NCBI GenBank assembly: GCA_001643675.2
Contig: LSRY02000039.1
Coordinates: 558,001-622,000, forward strand
From: Monocercomonoides exilis PA203
Lineage: Eukaryota > Protista > Preaxostyla
Reading direction: 5' to 3'
Length of the DNA: 64,000 nt
Part shown: positions 13,555 to 40,384 of the stretch, one piece after another
Layout: each line of letters begins with the position of its first letter
Position numbering within the stretch: position 1 is the stretch's first letter
Notes under the pieces: generated by a model
The model's database searches: none
Seen by the model: only the letters and a program-made list of their open reading frames with translations
What the model was told of the DNA's origin: nothing
Position numbers and translations under genes: made by a program

Positions 13555-14519
13555 AATAAGGGTTTACAACCCATAATTTTATAAGTGAAGATTTTTGATT
13601 GATGATGCGATTTGTTAAAACTTTGTTTGTGCTGTTTTGGATGTGCAGTTACAGATGCATCCATGTGAGCTATAGTACTGCAGAAGAATAGGGATTTTGC
13701 ATGGAGATGGAGGAGCGGGTGGCTGTTTGCATCGGTCACATTTGAAAAGCGAATTGGTGGAGAAACTCAGCATGAAATTTGAACTTGGTCAAACATAGCA
13801 AAACATATGAAGGAACATCGGCTGCGATATTTTGAATGGGAAATAATTAATGAAAGATGCAGAAAAAGCGAGCAGAATATCAAAAAGATTGAATTGAACT
13901 GCTTGTTCATTTCGAGGGAAATGTTGTGTACTAGGGATATCTTCAGCACAGAATTTGTTTTATGTGAGTTTTCATTGGGGGAAGATTTTGTGGAAAAGGA
14001 AAGTGAATTGGGGGATTGAACAATGGAGGAAACGAGTTGAGCAAGACAATCAGCAGGCCTCAATTACAATGACATTTGCATTTTGTTCGAATTTTGCAGG
14101 AAAATCATCAGAAAAGATTAGTCATTGAATTGGGTTTTGAAAAGGAGTTAGTTTGGAGAATATGTGTTCTCATCTGATATCACAGCCAGCTCCACAATTG
14201 ACTCTCTGCTTTCGATGATGTTCTTTGCCATTCATTTATTGTCCAATTATCTGTTTATTTTAAATGGCAAGAGGCAATTTTGGAGAACAAGAAAGCCAGA
14301 TGAGTTGATAATTACCAATTCATTGGAGATGGGAAAATATTTCAATGTCAAAAAGATGGTTTGATTTTTTTTTATTTCATTCATTTTTCTCTAAAGGTGT
14401 ACTTTTAATGAATACAAAATGACTATGAATAGGAATGCTATGGAAAGAAGCCTTTTTATCTTTTTTCAAAACAGCCAGAAGTTTTGAGATTATTCTTATT
14501 TGCATCACATTCAACAATG
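13555..14519 (-). repeat. Right arm of ~965-bp near-perfect inverted repeat
   Basis: Reverse complement of 4908-5872. The inner end is sharp at ...gttgtaaacccttatt; weaker homology continues outward to ~14690. Confidence 0.92.
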
Positions 14520-16650
14520 ACATTCATGACTTCTGCCGTCTTATTTGAATGACTCTTAACTGGACAATGCTTAACATGAGCTTGAAAGAAAGAGAGAAAC
14601 AAGTCAACTTGGAGTGTTTGTTGGGAGCGTATGGCAGAAACGATGTTTCTTCTGAGCAGATGAGCTTTCTGAACACTCATTTTCAGAACACATTCAGTTT
14701 TTTCTATGGTGCAACGTGACTTGGAAAAGCTGATATCTTCTGTATCTCTTTAACTTTTCTTCTTCACCTTCTTCTTCACCTTTCTTATCTGTCTCAATGT
14801 CTCACTTCAACAAAAGATGTTGATTTCCAGAATCGATACATCAATCACATTATCAAAAAAAATTCTTCTTTCTCTTTTCATTGTCTTTGAAAATTTTGTC
14901 ACCGATGTTAACTTCTTTGATCATCAGTGGTTTCTTCGATTTCGAATTCTTCTTTGCAAATATCCTCATCAAACATGAAGTTCATTTGAATTGTTGACAT
15001 CATTGGACAAACATAATTTTCTTTTTCTGAGGGACAGAGAAGTTCAATTACTCAAAGATAGTGCACGATTTATGGATTACCTTCTTCATCTGTTTTTATC
15101 TCTCTTCCTTTCACCAATTTTGTGATAAAAATTGTTTATTTTATCCAAAAAAACTGACAAACACGATAATTTATTAAATCAACATCGCTCAAAACATTAC
15201 CAACTTCTGGGAAAATATCTTTGGATAATTTATGAATAATTCAATTGTCATTTTTTTTCTCACCTCCTTCAACTTAATCATCTTCTGCATCCTCATCAAA
15301 TCCATCGAAACAATTTCATTCAACTGCTGTTCCATCAACCTTCACATCATCTCATTGAATAATTTCATTTTTCACATCAATATGAGAAAAAAAGATAGAA
15401 ATAACGAAATAGCCTTGAAATTGATAGCAGAAGAAAAAATGAAGAAACAAATGAGTGACAAAAACTGAGAAAGCGATTACAGAAGAAGAGTAAGAAAACA
15501 ATTAACAAGAACTGACTGCAACCACAGAACAAAAATTAAAAATAAAAAATTTTCAAAAGAAGAGAATTATGTTAGCAAGAAACAGTTAATCTGAAATAGG
15601 TGATTGATGTCAATAATTTTTTTGCAAATGAAATTTTCAAAGAAGTTTTGTTCGTGAGCCAGAAATTGAAGCAAGGGAAATGGAATTCGAATATCCGATA
15701 TTGAGATGAAATGAAGTTTCTTTGATCAGCACAGCTTAATGCTCCAATCTTTCTTCAAATCTTTTGTCATTTTTCTCCTTTTAGTTTTTCACATCTGATC
15801 AGCTTTATCACCGCAGTCTTCAATTTGATTTGCAGATGGATTAATTTCCTTTCAAGGAGAATGCCTCTCTTCTCTCCTTTCTCATGAGCCTTCATATGCG
15901 TAAACGAGAGCCTCTTCACAAGCAAACAAATAAGACAAGCCAGCATTCACTCCAAAAATCAATTCACACATGTGGAAATGAGCACAACTGCCTGTTAAAC
16001 AGAGAAAATAGTGTTGGTATATTCGTCTTCTACTAATAGTGTTAAAGCCAATTGGGTACTTCCTTCACGATGAATCCATTACCTGCCAGAATCACTTGCA
16101 TCACAGTCTTCATGTGAATGTGACGATTTTCATTTTGTAACCCCTTCCTCTTTCTTCTGCACCTCATCCAGCACCTGCATCCATTTCACTTGTCGAACAT
16201 TCATTGCATCAAACATTCATTTCAATCATGATCAAAGAACTTCTTTGCATCAGCGAGATTAAATATCAGCATATCATCTGCTTCCCGTCCACCTTGACAA
16301 TTACTCTTCTGAAAGTGTTAACAAACAGAGGAAAATCAGATACTTACTTATTCAGCTTTACCACCTCAGTCAAATCAAATCAGAAGTCGATGCTAGTTAC
16401 GCCTTTTTTCCACAGAACAATCGATAGCATCGGAGAAACCACTTTGTTGATGGGCATCTGCTCCAGAAAGAGCATTGCAGTTGTATATGTGCCTCTCTCG
16501 CTCACAACCACAATATGAGTATCTGTTGGAAACAGCTTCTGGTTCACAACCTCCAGAACTTATGGCTTCCAATTTCCTAGCTGCCGCAAGATTAACAATT
16601 CCTGACGCAACTATTTGGAGTTTTGGTTGCGCAAATGTTTCAAAAATCTT
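14520..16650 (-). pseudogene. Heavily decayed remnant of a large membrane/surface protein gene
   Basis: Coding-like composition, Cys/Gly motifs (CNECSTSEMDAGAG) and a hydrophobic stretch near 15400-15530; many stops. Confidence 0.35.
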
Positions 16651-16724
16651 TCAGGTCTCAACTTTTTTTTTAAATTTGACTATGCAACGAAAAAGTTTTC
16701 AATCAAATAGTTTAAAAAGCATAT

Positions 16725-17151
16725 GGGACAGATTTCTTTCATTTATGAAAATACAACAATTTGTTCCAAACTTTTTTTTCATCCTTATCATGATAAGTTT
16801 TGCATTCCCGTGTTAAAAAAAACCCGTGGAAATCATCCAAATTGTCTAAATTTTTTTGAAAAGTTACTTTTGTTTAATTCTCAAAGAAAATTAAAATTTC
16901 ATATTTTTATCAATTTACTGTTCCCACCCACCAAATATCGCTGTCATGTGAACAATCTCTTGATAATGTTTTTATTTCAATTTTTGTGAAGTTTCGTAAG
17001 TGCGAACAGAAATTTGATTGAAATATGAAATTTTTATTTTATTTTTTTGAAAATTAAACATAAGGAACTTTTCAAAAAAATTAAGACAATTGAGAAAAAT
17101 ATTTGTTTGAGCTAAATGGAACAAAATTCATGAAGGAATAATTATCGTCCC
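16725..17151 (+). mobile_element. ~180-bp MITE (GGGAC...GTCCC, ATAT TSD) interrupted by a nested fold-back element
   Basis: ATAT|GGGAC...GTCCC|ATAT. Removing 16844-17091 restores a 179-bp element collinear with the reverse complement of 42895-43071. Confidence 0.8.
16844..17087. mobile_element. ~240-bp fold-back element (GTCT...AGAC), copy 1, AATT TSD
   Basis: ~90-bp imperfect inverted arms; AATT at 16840-16843 and 17088-17091. The empty site (aaattgagaaaaat) is visible in the 42895-43071 MITE copy. Confidence 0.82.
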
Positions 17152-17331
17152 ATATCTTCTGTTTTCATAGGAAAAAAAATAATTTGAAATTTTTTCAAAT
17201 ATTCAAGAAATATTCTCAAACACATGAAAATAATAATCATACATAATAATTTCCGATTCCAAAGTGAAAAACTGATTTTCACAAAATTTCGTGAAAGTGA
17301 GAATAAATTTTTGTTAGGTTTTCAACAATTA

Positions 17332-18139
17332 CACCAAAAATTATTCAAAATCGAAAAAGTTTAAAACAACATCGAAAAACTTTAATTCAACATCGAAAAT
17401 TATTATTCAAAATCGAAAAAGTTTAATTCAAGATCGAAAATTCTTTATCATCAAAAAATTTGAAAAAATTTTCAAAATTTTTAATCATATCAGTTTCTTT
17501 TCTTTCAGTTATTGATCAGAGAAATTTGTCAATTTCAATTTGAAAAATATTTTTTGCTCTTTATTTGAGTGTTTGATTGTGTTCAATTGCGTGAATATGA
17601 AAAAAATTGAGTATTTTTTTATTCTTCACATATGATCAGAATATAATAAGCAATTTATGAAAAAAATAAAAGTGATAGGATAGTTCATGATCTTGTTTTG
17701 TGAACAAAAATACAAAAATTCATCTCATTTATTGAATATGAAATGTTTTGAATTTCGTTTATTGCATTGGAAGCTGATAAAATAAAACACTTTCAATTTT
17801 CAAAATGAGAAAAGAATCGATTGATATCAGTCTATATCATGGAAAACAGTAGTTAAAAACGAAAGAAAAACATTTCCAATAAATAAACATTTGTTATTAT
17901 CAACATTTTTTCATATAAAATTTGCTTGGTTTTGACTTGAATTTAAATTCCGAACAAATTTACTTTTTTTTCGATCTTGAATTAAACTTTTTCGATGTTG
18001 AATTAAATATTTTCGATTTCGAATTAAAGTTTTTCGATTTTGAATAATAATTTTCGATGTTGAATTAAAGTTTTTCGATGTTGTTTTAAACTTTTTCGAT
18101 TTTGAATTAAACTTTTTCGATGTTGAATAATTTTTGGTG
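17332..18139. mobile_element. Foldback-type non-autonomous element with TIRs built from 21-bp tandem units, flanked by TA
   Basis: TA|CACCAAAAATTATTCAA...TTGAATAATTTTTGGTG|TA. About 5 units (ttattcaaaatcgaaaaagtt-like) on the left and about 8 inverted units on the right. A second identical terminus ends at 18247. Confidence 0.75.
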
Positions 18140-18818
18140 TATTAGTTCGAATTCAAAAATTAATATGTCGTTTGAAAATTTTATTATTTTCAATGCAAAT
18201 TTTATTTTTTTGAATGCAAAAATTCTCGTTTTGAATAATTTTTGGTGTATACAAGCGGATAAAAATTTTTGTTCATAATTATATTTGAAAATAACTCAAG
18301 TTTATTCATCGTAATCTTTAAATTTAATTTTGTTATAGTAAAGATTCACAGTGTTAAGATGTTAAAAAGTGAGAAAATTGACAAATAATAACAAAAACAC
18401 GAACGAGAAAGTTAACAAAATACAACTAATAAAACAAATTAAAAAAGAATAGCAAAATATGGTGATATGAGCCACGCATTTCCCCTAAGATGCATTGAGT
18501 TGAAAGAAAAGTTGTGTCATTTATCCATAAAAACACGATAAGAATGAAAGATAGATAAATTCTGTTTCTTTTCTGGCAGAGCTTGAAACTATCAGTTTTG
18601 TTGCTCATTCTAAATGAAAAACAGAAAAAATAGAAATCTTTCGAAAAACAAAAATCTTTCAAAATAGCTTCTTGATATAAACTTCTCACATCTTTTCACA
18701 ATCAGCAGGCACTATCACAAAAATCCAATTCATTAAAGATTTTCTTCTCAACATCCTTCCTTTCCCGTCTCATATTCCCTTTCTTTCTCACTCCATTTTC
18801 TTCGCTTTTCGCAAGCAT

Positions 18819-21811
18819 TTACGCAGCAGCTGGCTTTGTAGCGATCCAATTCATGCAATCTGAAGCGTATGTGGCAATGGTGTGGCTTTTTCTGTGGAAT
18901 CGCTGCTCCACAATGTTCAGTGCCTTCACAACTCGATCATCCTGCATCTTCGGAGAAATTGTAGCTGAAATATATTTATTGTTGTTCATTCATGGAAGGA
19001 AAAAAAAAAAAATAATTTAAATAAAATATTAAAGATAAAGATAAAGATAAAGATAAAGACAATAACAATAACATAACAAAATGTTAATAAAAACAATATG
19101 TTGCATACGTGCTGACAGAATTCTGTGGATTGCTTCAAGAGACACTAAGATGATGGACTTGCAGTTCCTCAGATAATGCACCATCGCCCGCACAATTTGC
19201 TTGAAGCTGTCTTTCGCTACAAGTTCGGCTCTCCATTTCGCTGGAAGAGTTCATCGGCATATGGTTATTGAAATATCACAATGAATTCATTGGGACAATT
19301 ATGCGATATCACAAGTAATGGATGCATAACCAGATAAAAACGTTTAATTAAAAAAATAAACATTACCGAAATAATAGTAATAGTAATAGTAATAAAAACA
19401 TTAACTTTCAAAGAAACAAATTATCTTAAAAACACATACGATCCATTGCCAAGTTGCGAAGGATGAGGCAGGAAGATCTGACGATCACCCAGTGCTTGTC
19501 CATATAGCGAGACATGATGCTAGGAATAACCAGAGCAGCATTCGACTTCATAAACGCATCGTATGAGGCAGCTGATGTGTCAAAAAAAAAAGATAAAAAA
19601 AGAAAAGAAATAAATTAACAAACGATTTGCAGAGAGTTTTGCAAGTGCAGAGAGAACAAGCGAGACAATTGTCTTGTCCTGATATTGATAGTTCAGCATC
19701 ATCATGAGAGAATCCACCCCTCCATACTCAATAATCGATGGGACACAGACATCTGATTGAACATTCAGAGAATTAAAAATATTCAATAGAATGAAAAGAG
19801 AATAAATATATGAAAGTCAAATATAAAGAGAGTGAATTTCGAATTGTATATTTAAAAAATAACTCGGTCATTCTAATCATTTCTCTCTCTGCCTCTCTCC
19901 AGATTTCACCATCTCCCTTTCTTTCTCTTTCTCTTTCTCTTTTTTTCCTCTTTCAACAACACTCCTTCTTCTGAACCACAAACCGTAAAGTGTTGCCTCT
20001 TTGTATGCTGAAGCCAGCACACGTAAAGTGATCTTGTGATCCTCATCGCCCAACGTCTTAGCAGCAGTTGAAAGTGCCTTTGCTGCTTTGATTGAGACAA
20101 ACCTGGCAATGTAATCACCTATTCAGCCGAGAAAGAGAATGGAAATGAATGAAAAGGAAAAAGAAAAGGAAAAATTAGAGAAAAATTTTTATAAAACAAG
20201 AAAGAGACAAAAAATTCCAACCAAAAATTTTTATCAATAACAGTAATAAAAGGTATAGAGAAGAGAAGAGAAATAAATAAAAATATTCCCTCCTCCTCTC
20301 CCTAATTAAATAATTCTTTTCCGTCTCGCACAAACCATTATAAATGAGCGATGCAAGTGCAATGCAGCCGTCTCTCACAACCGCCGAGTTGTATGCATAC
20401 ATCTCAATGCACTTCGCAATCACATCGTCTGCCCCGTACAGCCGGCAGGACTCTCTGCACTCTGCCGACGTGGACATGATGATGAGGCACATGAACGCAT
20501 ACTGTACAACTGTCAGGTTCGACTGGCTGTGCTTCACAATCGTCTTGCCCAGGTACGACGCCAGCTTCTGCTGCTCTGCCTCGATACGCGACTTGCGGAA
20601 GGGGATCAACTTGCGCAGGCAGTGGCACAGCTCCAGCGCTGCTTTCTCGTCGCTGTTGTTGTGGTGCAGCAGCTTCGTCAGGATGGCTGTGATTGAAGAG
20701 TCCAGAAGCTTTTGGCAGACGCTGTCTGTATTCGTTGAATAATAATAATAATATGAAAACATTATAAATTGATTGAAAAGTTAAAAAAAAAAGATATTAT
20801 TCATTTACACATTTTTCATTCCACAAATTTTGATTAAAAGATGCACACTTTCATCGAGAAGATAAACCAAAACTGCAGCGCCGTTGTAGGCAACAGCAGC
20901 CTCTTTGGGAAATGTGTTCATCGTCTTGACAACTTCTAATGCACCATTCAGCTTTATGACTTCCTTCAGAAGTTTCTCTAATTTTTAAAAAAAAAATGAG
21001 CATAAAATCATTACAAATTATTATTGATAGCAAAACCATTTGTGCAGCAAAGGCGAATGATGGTTAAATTGGCAACTGCATAATCTTTATCACGCGCAAA
21101 ATTATTCATCTTTGGAATGACTTCATTCAAAATTTCATTTCTTTCCAGTAATGCCTTGATATCCTCTAAAATGATATAATATAAATAAGTTGCACTTATA
21201 TTTCAAAAATAAAGCAAACCATATTCCAAAAGAATAACAAAAATATTCAGAATCTGAGTGGCAAATTGAACTTCTTTGATAGTTTGCTTCTTCAACACAT
21301 TCATAAGAATATCCATGACATTATTATTAACGAGTGTGATCAAATTTTTTGCTGAAAATATTAGTAAAGATTATTTTAAAGCTTGCAGAATTTTATGCTC
21401 TTTCATCAAACGTCTTCTTGCAAGAATATTAATAATATCTCCAAGCATATGAATTGTCCAATGATCTGTTACGCGCCTGCCATTTATATTAAAAAATGAA
21501 AAAAATTTATTCGGACGGTGTTTTTTAATAAATGAATAAATCACTTCAGGTTCAAACTGGAATGTATCTAAGGTTAATTTGATTAATTCTTCATCATCAA
21601 GCTCTTCGCTGTATGCAATAATCAACGGATTGTCATATCTCACAATTAACGTTCTGGCTTTTTGCTTCAATCTGGCATAATCCTGTCTCTGTAAGCAAAT
21701 TTTAAGATTTCCAACGACATCCTCTGCAAAAATCATTATAAATGCAATAATTATAAAATAAGTAAGCGTACCAATTGCAGTTCCAACTTCAAACAAAGTG
21801 GACTCCGTCAT
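18819..21811 (-). CDS. Armadillo (ARM)-repeat protein, multi-exon
   Basis: Repeated ARM-type helices (VVQYAFMCLIIMS, VVRDGCIALASL, IVSLVLSALAKLS, IVRSSCLILRNLA) in exons bounded by GT-AG; ends WIATKPAAA* at 18819. Confidence 0.8.
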
Positions 21812-22120
21812 TGTTAAAAAAGAGATTGATATTTAGTATCAACTAATGGGTTGTGATCTTGCATCGCAAATATTTTGCTGAATAATCAATTTTCATCATC
21901 AAAACACTTCCAAAAAATGTATAACGTTTGTAAAATACGATTTTTCAAATCAAAACAATTGCAACATCAAAAACCACAAAATGAATTATTTTTGACACAG
22001 ATAACTTTTCAATATTTACAGGATTTTGTTGGAAAACTCATTCAATTATTATAATTCTTGAAATTTTGTTTGGAAAGAAAAGAAAATATTTAGAAGTCTT
22101 TTTGATTTGTCTTTGATCAA

Positions 22121-23505
22121 ATGTCCCACACTCAGGAGAAAGGAAAACTTTTGTTCAAGCTATCAGTTGTACTGAGAGTTATTAATGACCTGCTTCGCGT
22201 TCCGTTCATTTCCAAAGAAAAAGGAAACCACTCAAGCAAAACTTATACCGAAATACGATGATTATTTATTGGTTCCAGAAAAGCGACCAAATGCTCTGTA
22301 TCTCTCTTTCGATTTACAGTATTTGTCTTTGATGTTTATTTCTTTTATCTTAATTACAAAGAGTACGATTGATTTGCTTCCCATTTGCTGGAGGGAATGC
22401 AGGAGTTTTTTCTTCAAAATGGTCGAGCGACCTTCCTAAAGCTGTAGAAGTTTGCATTTTAAAAAACGTCTTGAAAACATTTCTTGATTTTTCACTTTAG
22501 TATGTTGCTGTTCAATATCCTGGAAGACAAACTAGAGCTACGGAACCATTTATAACTGATATGAAAGAATTGGCGAGAAAAATTACTGACTCTCTTACAC
22601 CATTAATAACTAAAGGAAAACCATATGCATTTTTTGCACATAGCTTGGGCACCCTTGTTGCCTATGAAACAGCTTTGGAAATACGACGTCGAAAACTTCC
22701 ACTTCCTGAACAGCTAATTCTTTCAGGAAGAGGTGCACCTGGTGCTATTGATTTCGGAGGAAAGCCAATTGATTGTGATGTTTGATATAATTATCTTTTC
22801 TGATGGATTTTTCAGTTAATAAATTTTATTATTATTATTATTATTTGTTTGTTTATAGCTTCCTGATAATGATTTTGCTGATCTTGCTGTGTCTCGTTTT
22901 GGTCCTTCTCCTGGGCTAATTGACCAACGACTTTTTTCTCTTTCCTTACCACCACTCCGAGCAGATATGAAGGTTTGACCTTCTTCTTATTTTTATATTC
23001 GAAGCTAATGAACATAATTTATAATAACTTTTTCACATTTGAATGATTTTTAAATCATTCCTTGATCAATTCAATACAATAGATGTACTATTCCTATGAG
23101 CCAGAACTGTCAGACACCTCAACAGAAAATGCACCTGAGCCGCTGGAAGCGCCTTTGCCTTTGCCCGCCACTGTCATTGGAGCAACAGGAGATCCCTTGT
23201 CACAGAGCGAGACGATTGAGACATGGAGAGCGTTTTTTGGGAGAGAAGAGGCGAAAGAGAAGCATAATGACAGAGAAAATGCCGATGCTGTTACTGATAT
23301 TGATACTGATTCCGATGCTGATGCTTCTTATGAATCTGAAAGTGCGTCTGCACCAGCGAAGAAAAAGAAGCCGTTTTTCTTCCAGAAGATTGTGATTGAC
23401 GAGCCAGTACACCAATATTTAGACAGAAGGCACTTCAAAGAAGAGCTGATGCGGTGTTTGTCTTCGCTTGTTGTGCGCACAATGGAAGAGGAGGTGTGGT
23501 GCTAA
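22121..23505 (+). CDS. Type II thioesterase (GrsT/SrfAD/OLAH-like alpha/beta hydrolase), multi-exon; start uncertain
   Basis: RLICFPFAGG, AVQYPGR, FFAHSLGTLVAYE (nucleophile elbow), LILSGRGAP, LPPLRAD, GATGDP and C-terminal His in PVHQYL. Confidence 0.88.
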
Positions 23506-25007
23506 TCAGTCAGTCAGCTAGTGCTCCTGTTTGAAGGGTGAAAAGAAAGGTGAGAAAATTGATAAAGCCTGCATTTCAATGTATCTGGAGAGAGTAGCAT
23601 TGTGCTAAAGGACAAATTTATTTTTCGTCTTGTCAACATCTTCCTTCGTTCTTTCTATTTGATCTTTGGCCCCCCTCCCTTCTCCCTACCCTTCTTAGTT
23701 AACCTTTTATCTTTGTCATCTGCAACGTCTTCTTTATTTCATTGAGTGTTTGCTGGTGTTCTTTAATGGCCTGTGAGTAGCTCCATCGGATTTATCAAGT
23801 GCTTTGCAATCAAAAATTGTTTTTTGCCTTATTCATTGCTCAGTTGAATTGTGTGTTTATATTTGCAATTGTTTGAATTCAAGCAGAATGAGAGCAAAAG
23901 AAAATGCATTGAAAAAATGAATGGAAAAATAAAAAATAATAATAATAATAATAATGAAAGATGGAAACAAGCAATCTTGTTTGTTATGTATTTACATGTA
24001 CAGATGGTTATATGTCTTTTCCAATGCCTTTATCATTGCCTTTTCCATAGTTTTTCCCTTTCCCTTTCCCTTTGTCTTTATCTTTTTCTTTATCTTTTCA
24101 TTTGTCTTTGCCTTTGGAGAAAGTGCTCTTTGAACTCAAAGAGATTCACGATTTTGTACCATTTGGCTGAATGTTCAGTGCCGATGGCGTTTGAGCATCA
24201 GCCATTTGGCTGTCACTCGATGTCGAGTTGCTCACTTTTGTTGTTGTTTTATTTATTTTTTTAATTTTTTATTAAATTTAATTTTTTATTTTATATGCTT
24301 TTTTGTTATAGATGTTGCTGTTTTGATGTTTTGATGTAATTAATATTTTGCTTCATTCACTTATTTTCATAAACGAGCTCAGATGTTTCACTAAAGAAAA
24401 GAGTATGGCGAATAAAGTTTCTACGCTTTATTTAGCTGTGCTTTACTCACATTTTATTTGAAATTTTGTGTTTGCATTATGTTTTGTAATGTTTTGTTGA
24501 TAAAAACTTTTTTTGTTAATAAGTCTTATATTTACATTAAATTTTTTGATTTTGCATTTTAAAGTATTTTTTATCGTACTTATGGAGAGCTTTATTTATT
24601 GGTGTTATCCTGTTTTTTAATTTATCATCGAATTCAAAGAAATGAATGTTTTTTTTTCCAAAGAATTCGAAACGGATATTGTCTTGATTTATTTGGCGTT
24701 TTGTTGCAATAGTCGCGCTGCAACAAGTTTTTGTAGTGGCACATTCTTTTGAACAAGCTGTGAATTGATGAGTGCTTTGAGTGAATTTTGCTTTCATATC
24801 ATCTTCTGTCTATGATATCTTTTTGGTTCTTTAAGTTTTGCCTTTATGACATAAGGGCATACTTATAAACTTGCACTAATACGCCAATAACTGTACTATA
24901 TAGCGTTGCTTTTTATAAATTATCCAATTCAATTGTTGGAAAATTTTTCCTAAATTATTTGTCCCATTATATTTTTTACAATCTCTCTTCTTTTTGAAAA
25001 CTCGTGC

Positions 25008-39485
<14,478 letters not shown>

Positions 39486-39832
39486 TAAATTCTTGATTAT
39501 ACGAACCACGACTTCTGTTATTTGCTCATTATCATCAATGTTATCTTGGCATTGACGGATTTTTGTTTATTGCTTGTGATTCGGTCTTATTTATTTCATT
39601 TTTAAGTTTCTCGATATAAAATATTATTTATTTCATTTTCTTTCAAAAAAGGTTTTGGAATATCACTATGCAATATTATTAGCTTTAAATTAAATCTTCA
39701 AAATAACATTAAAATAAATTGGATTTTCAAGGGACAAAGCGAAATGAATAACTTCGTCAATTCGTAAGATCAAAACAAAAAATTATAAAAAACAAAAAAT
39801 AGTGGTGATGACCACTTTTCAAATTAATAAAT

Positions 39833-40384
39833 TTATTGTTCGGTTTTAACTTCAGTAGAATCTAAAAAGAATATTAATTGTTAATATGGAATGCATAGAA
39901 AAATGAAAAATACCTTCAGCTTGTTTCTGTCCCTGAGCTTGAGCTTGTTGAGCCTAAATAATTTTTTGGTTGAGAATCAGAAGCAGTTAATAAGAAAATA
40001 AAAAGTGAAGTTATGCAAAATAAAATCATTTTTTCCGATGTTCAAAATTAAAATGAAAAAGCTCACCTTAACTTGTGATTCTTCAATAAGTTGTTTAACT
40101 TTTCTTAAATGGGCTTCCTCAAGTTGAATTGAGTGCAATTGGTTCTGAATTAGTTGCTGCAGACGAAGCAAAGATTTTTCTTCCTCTTGCATTTGAACAA
40201 TGAGCTCTTGGCAGGTTTTTGGCGTGACAAAATATTGCCCGAACATTGTTGGAAGAAGAAGCTGCTGATTTGGTATTGGTTGGGGCTCTTGAATATCTTG
40301 AGGTATAAATGATTGCTGTGGAACTTGTTCAGTTTGGATATTCTCTTGTTCTGGGGGTTGTTGAACAGTTTGTTCTTCTGACAT
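39833..40384 (-). CDS. Small Gln-rich coiled-coil protein resembling SNAPc subunit SNAP19/SNAPC5
   Basis: Three exons (40384-40067, ~39954-39914, ~39861-39833). Core QMQEEEKSLLRLQQLIQNQLHSIQLEEAHLRK follows the EE..LLRL......QL.....EE..L pattern of SNAPC5 as recalled. Confidence 0.6.

Noticed and set aside
16725-17151. 180-bp MITE as a Merlin derivative (GG-start termini)
   Set aside because: Its TSD is 4 bp rather than 8-9 bp, and it does not resemble the TIR at 43491/44990.
17332-18139. CRISPR-like regularly spaced repeats
   Set aside because: The 21-bp units are contiguous with no unique spacers, occur in inverted blocks, and no cas genes are present in this eukaryotic context.
24855-24890. 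gcactaatacgcca resembling the Merlin TIR
   Set aside because: A single 13/14 match with no partner TIR; it could be chance.
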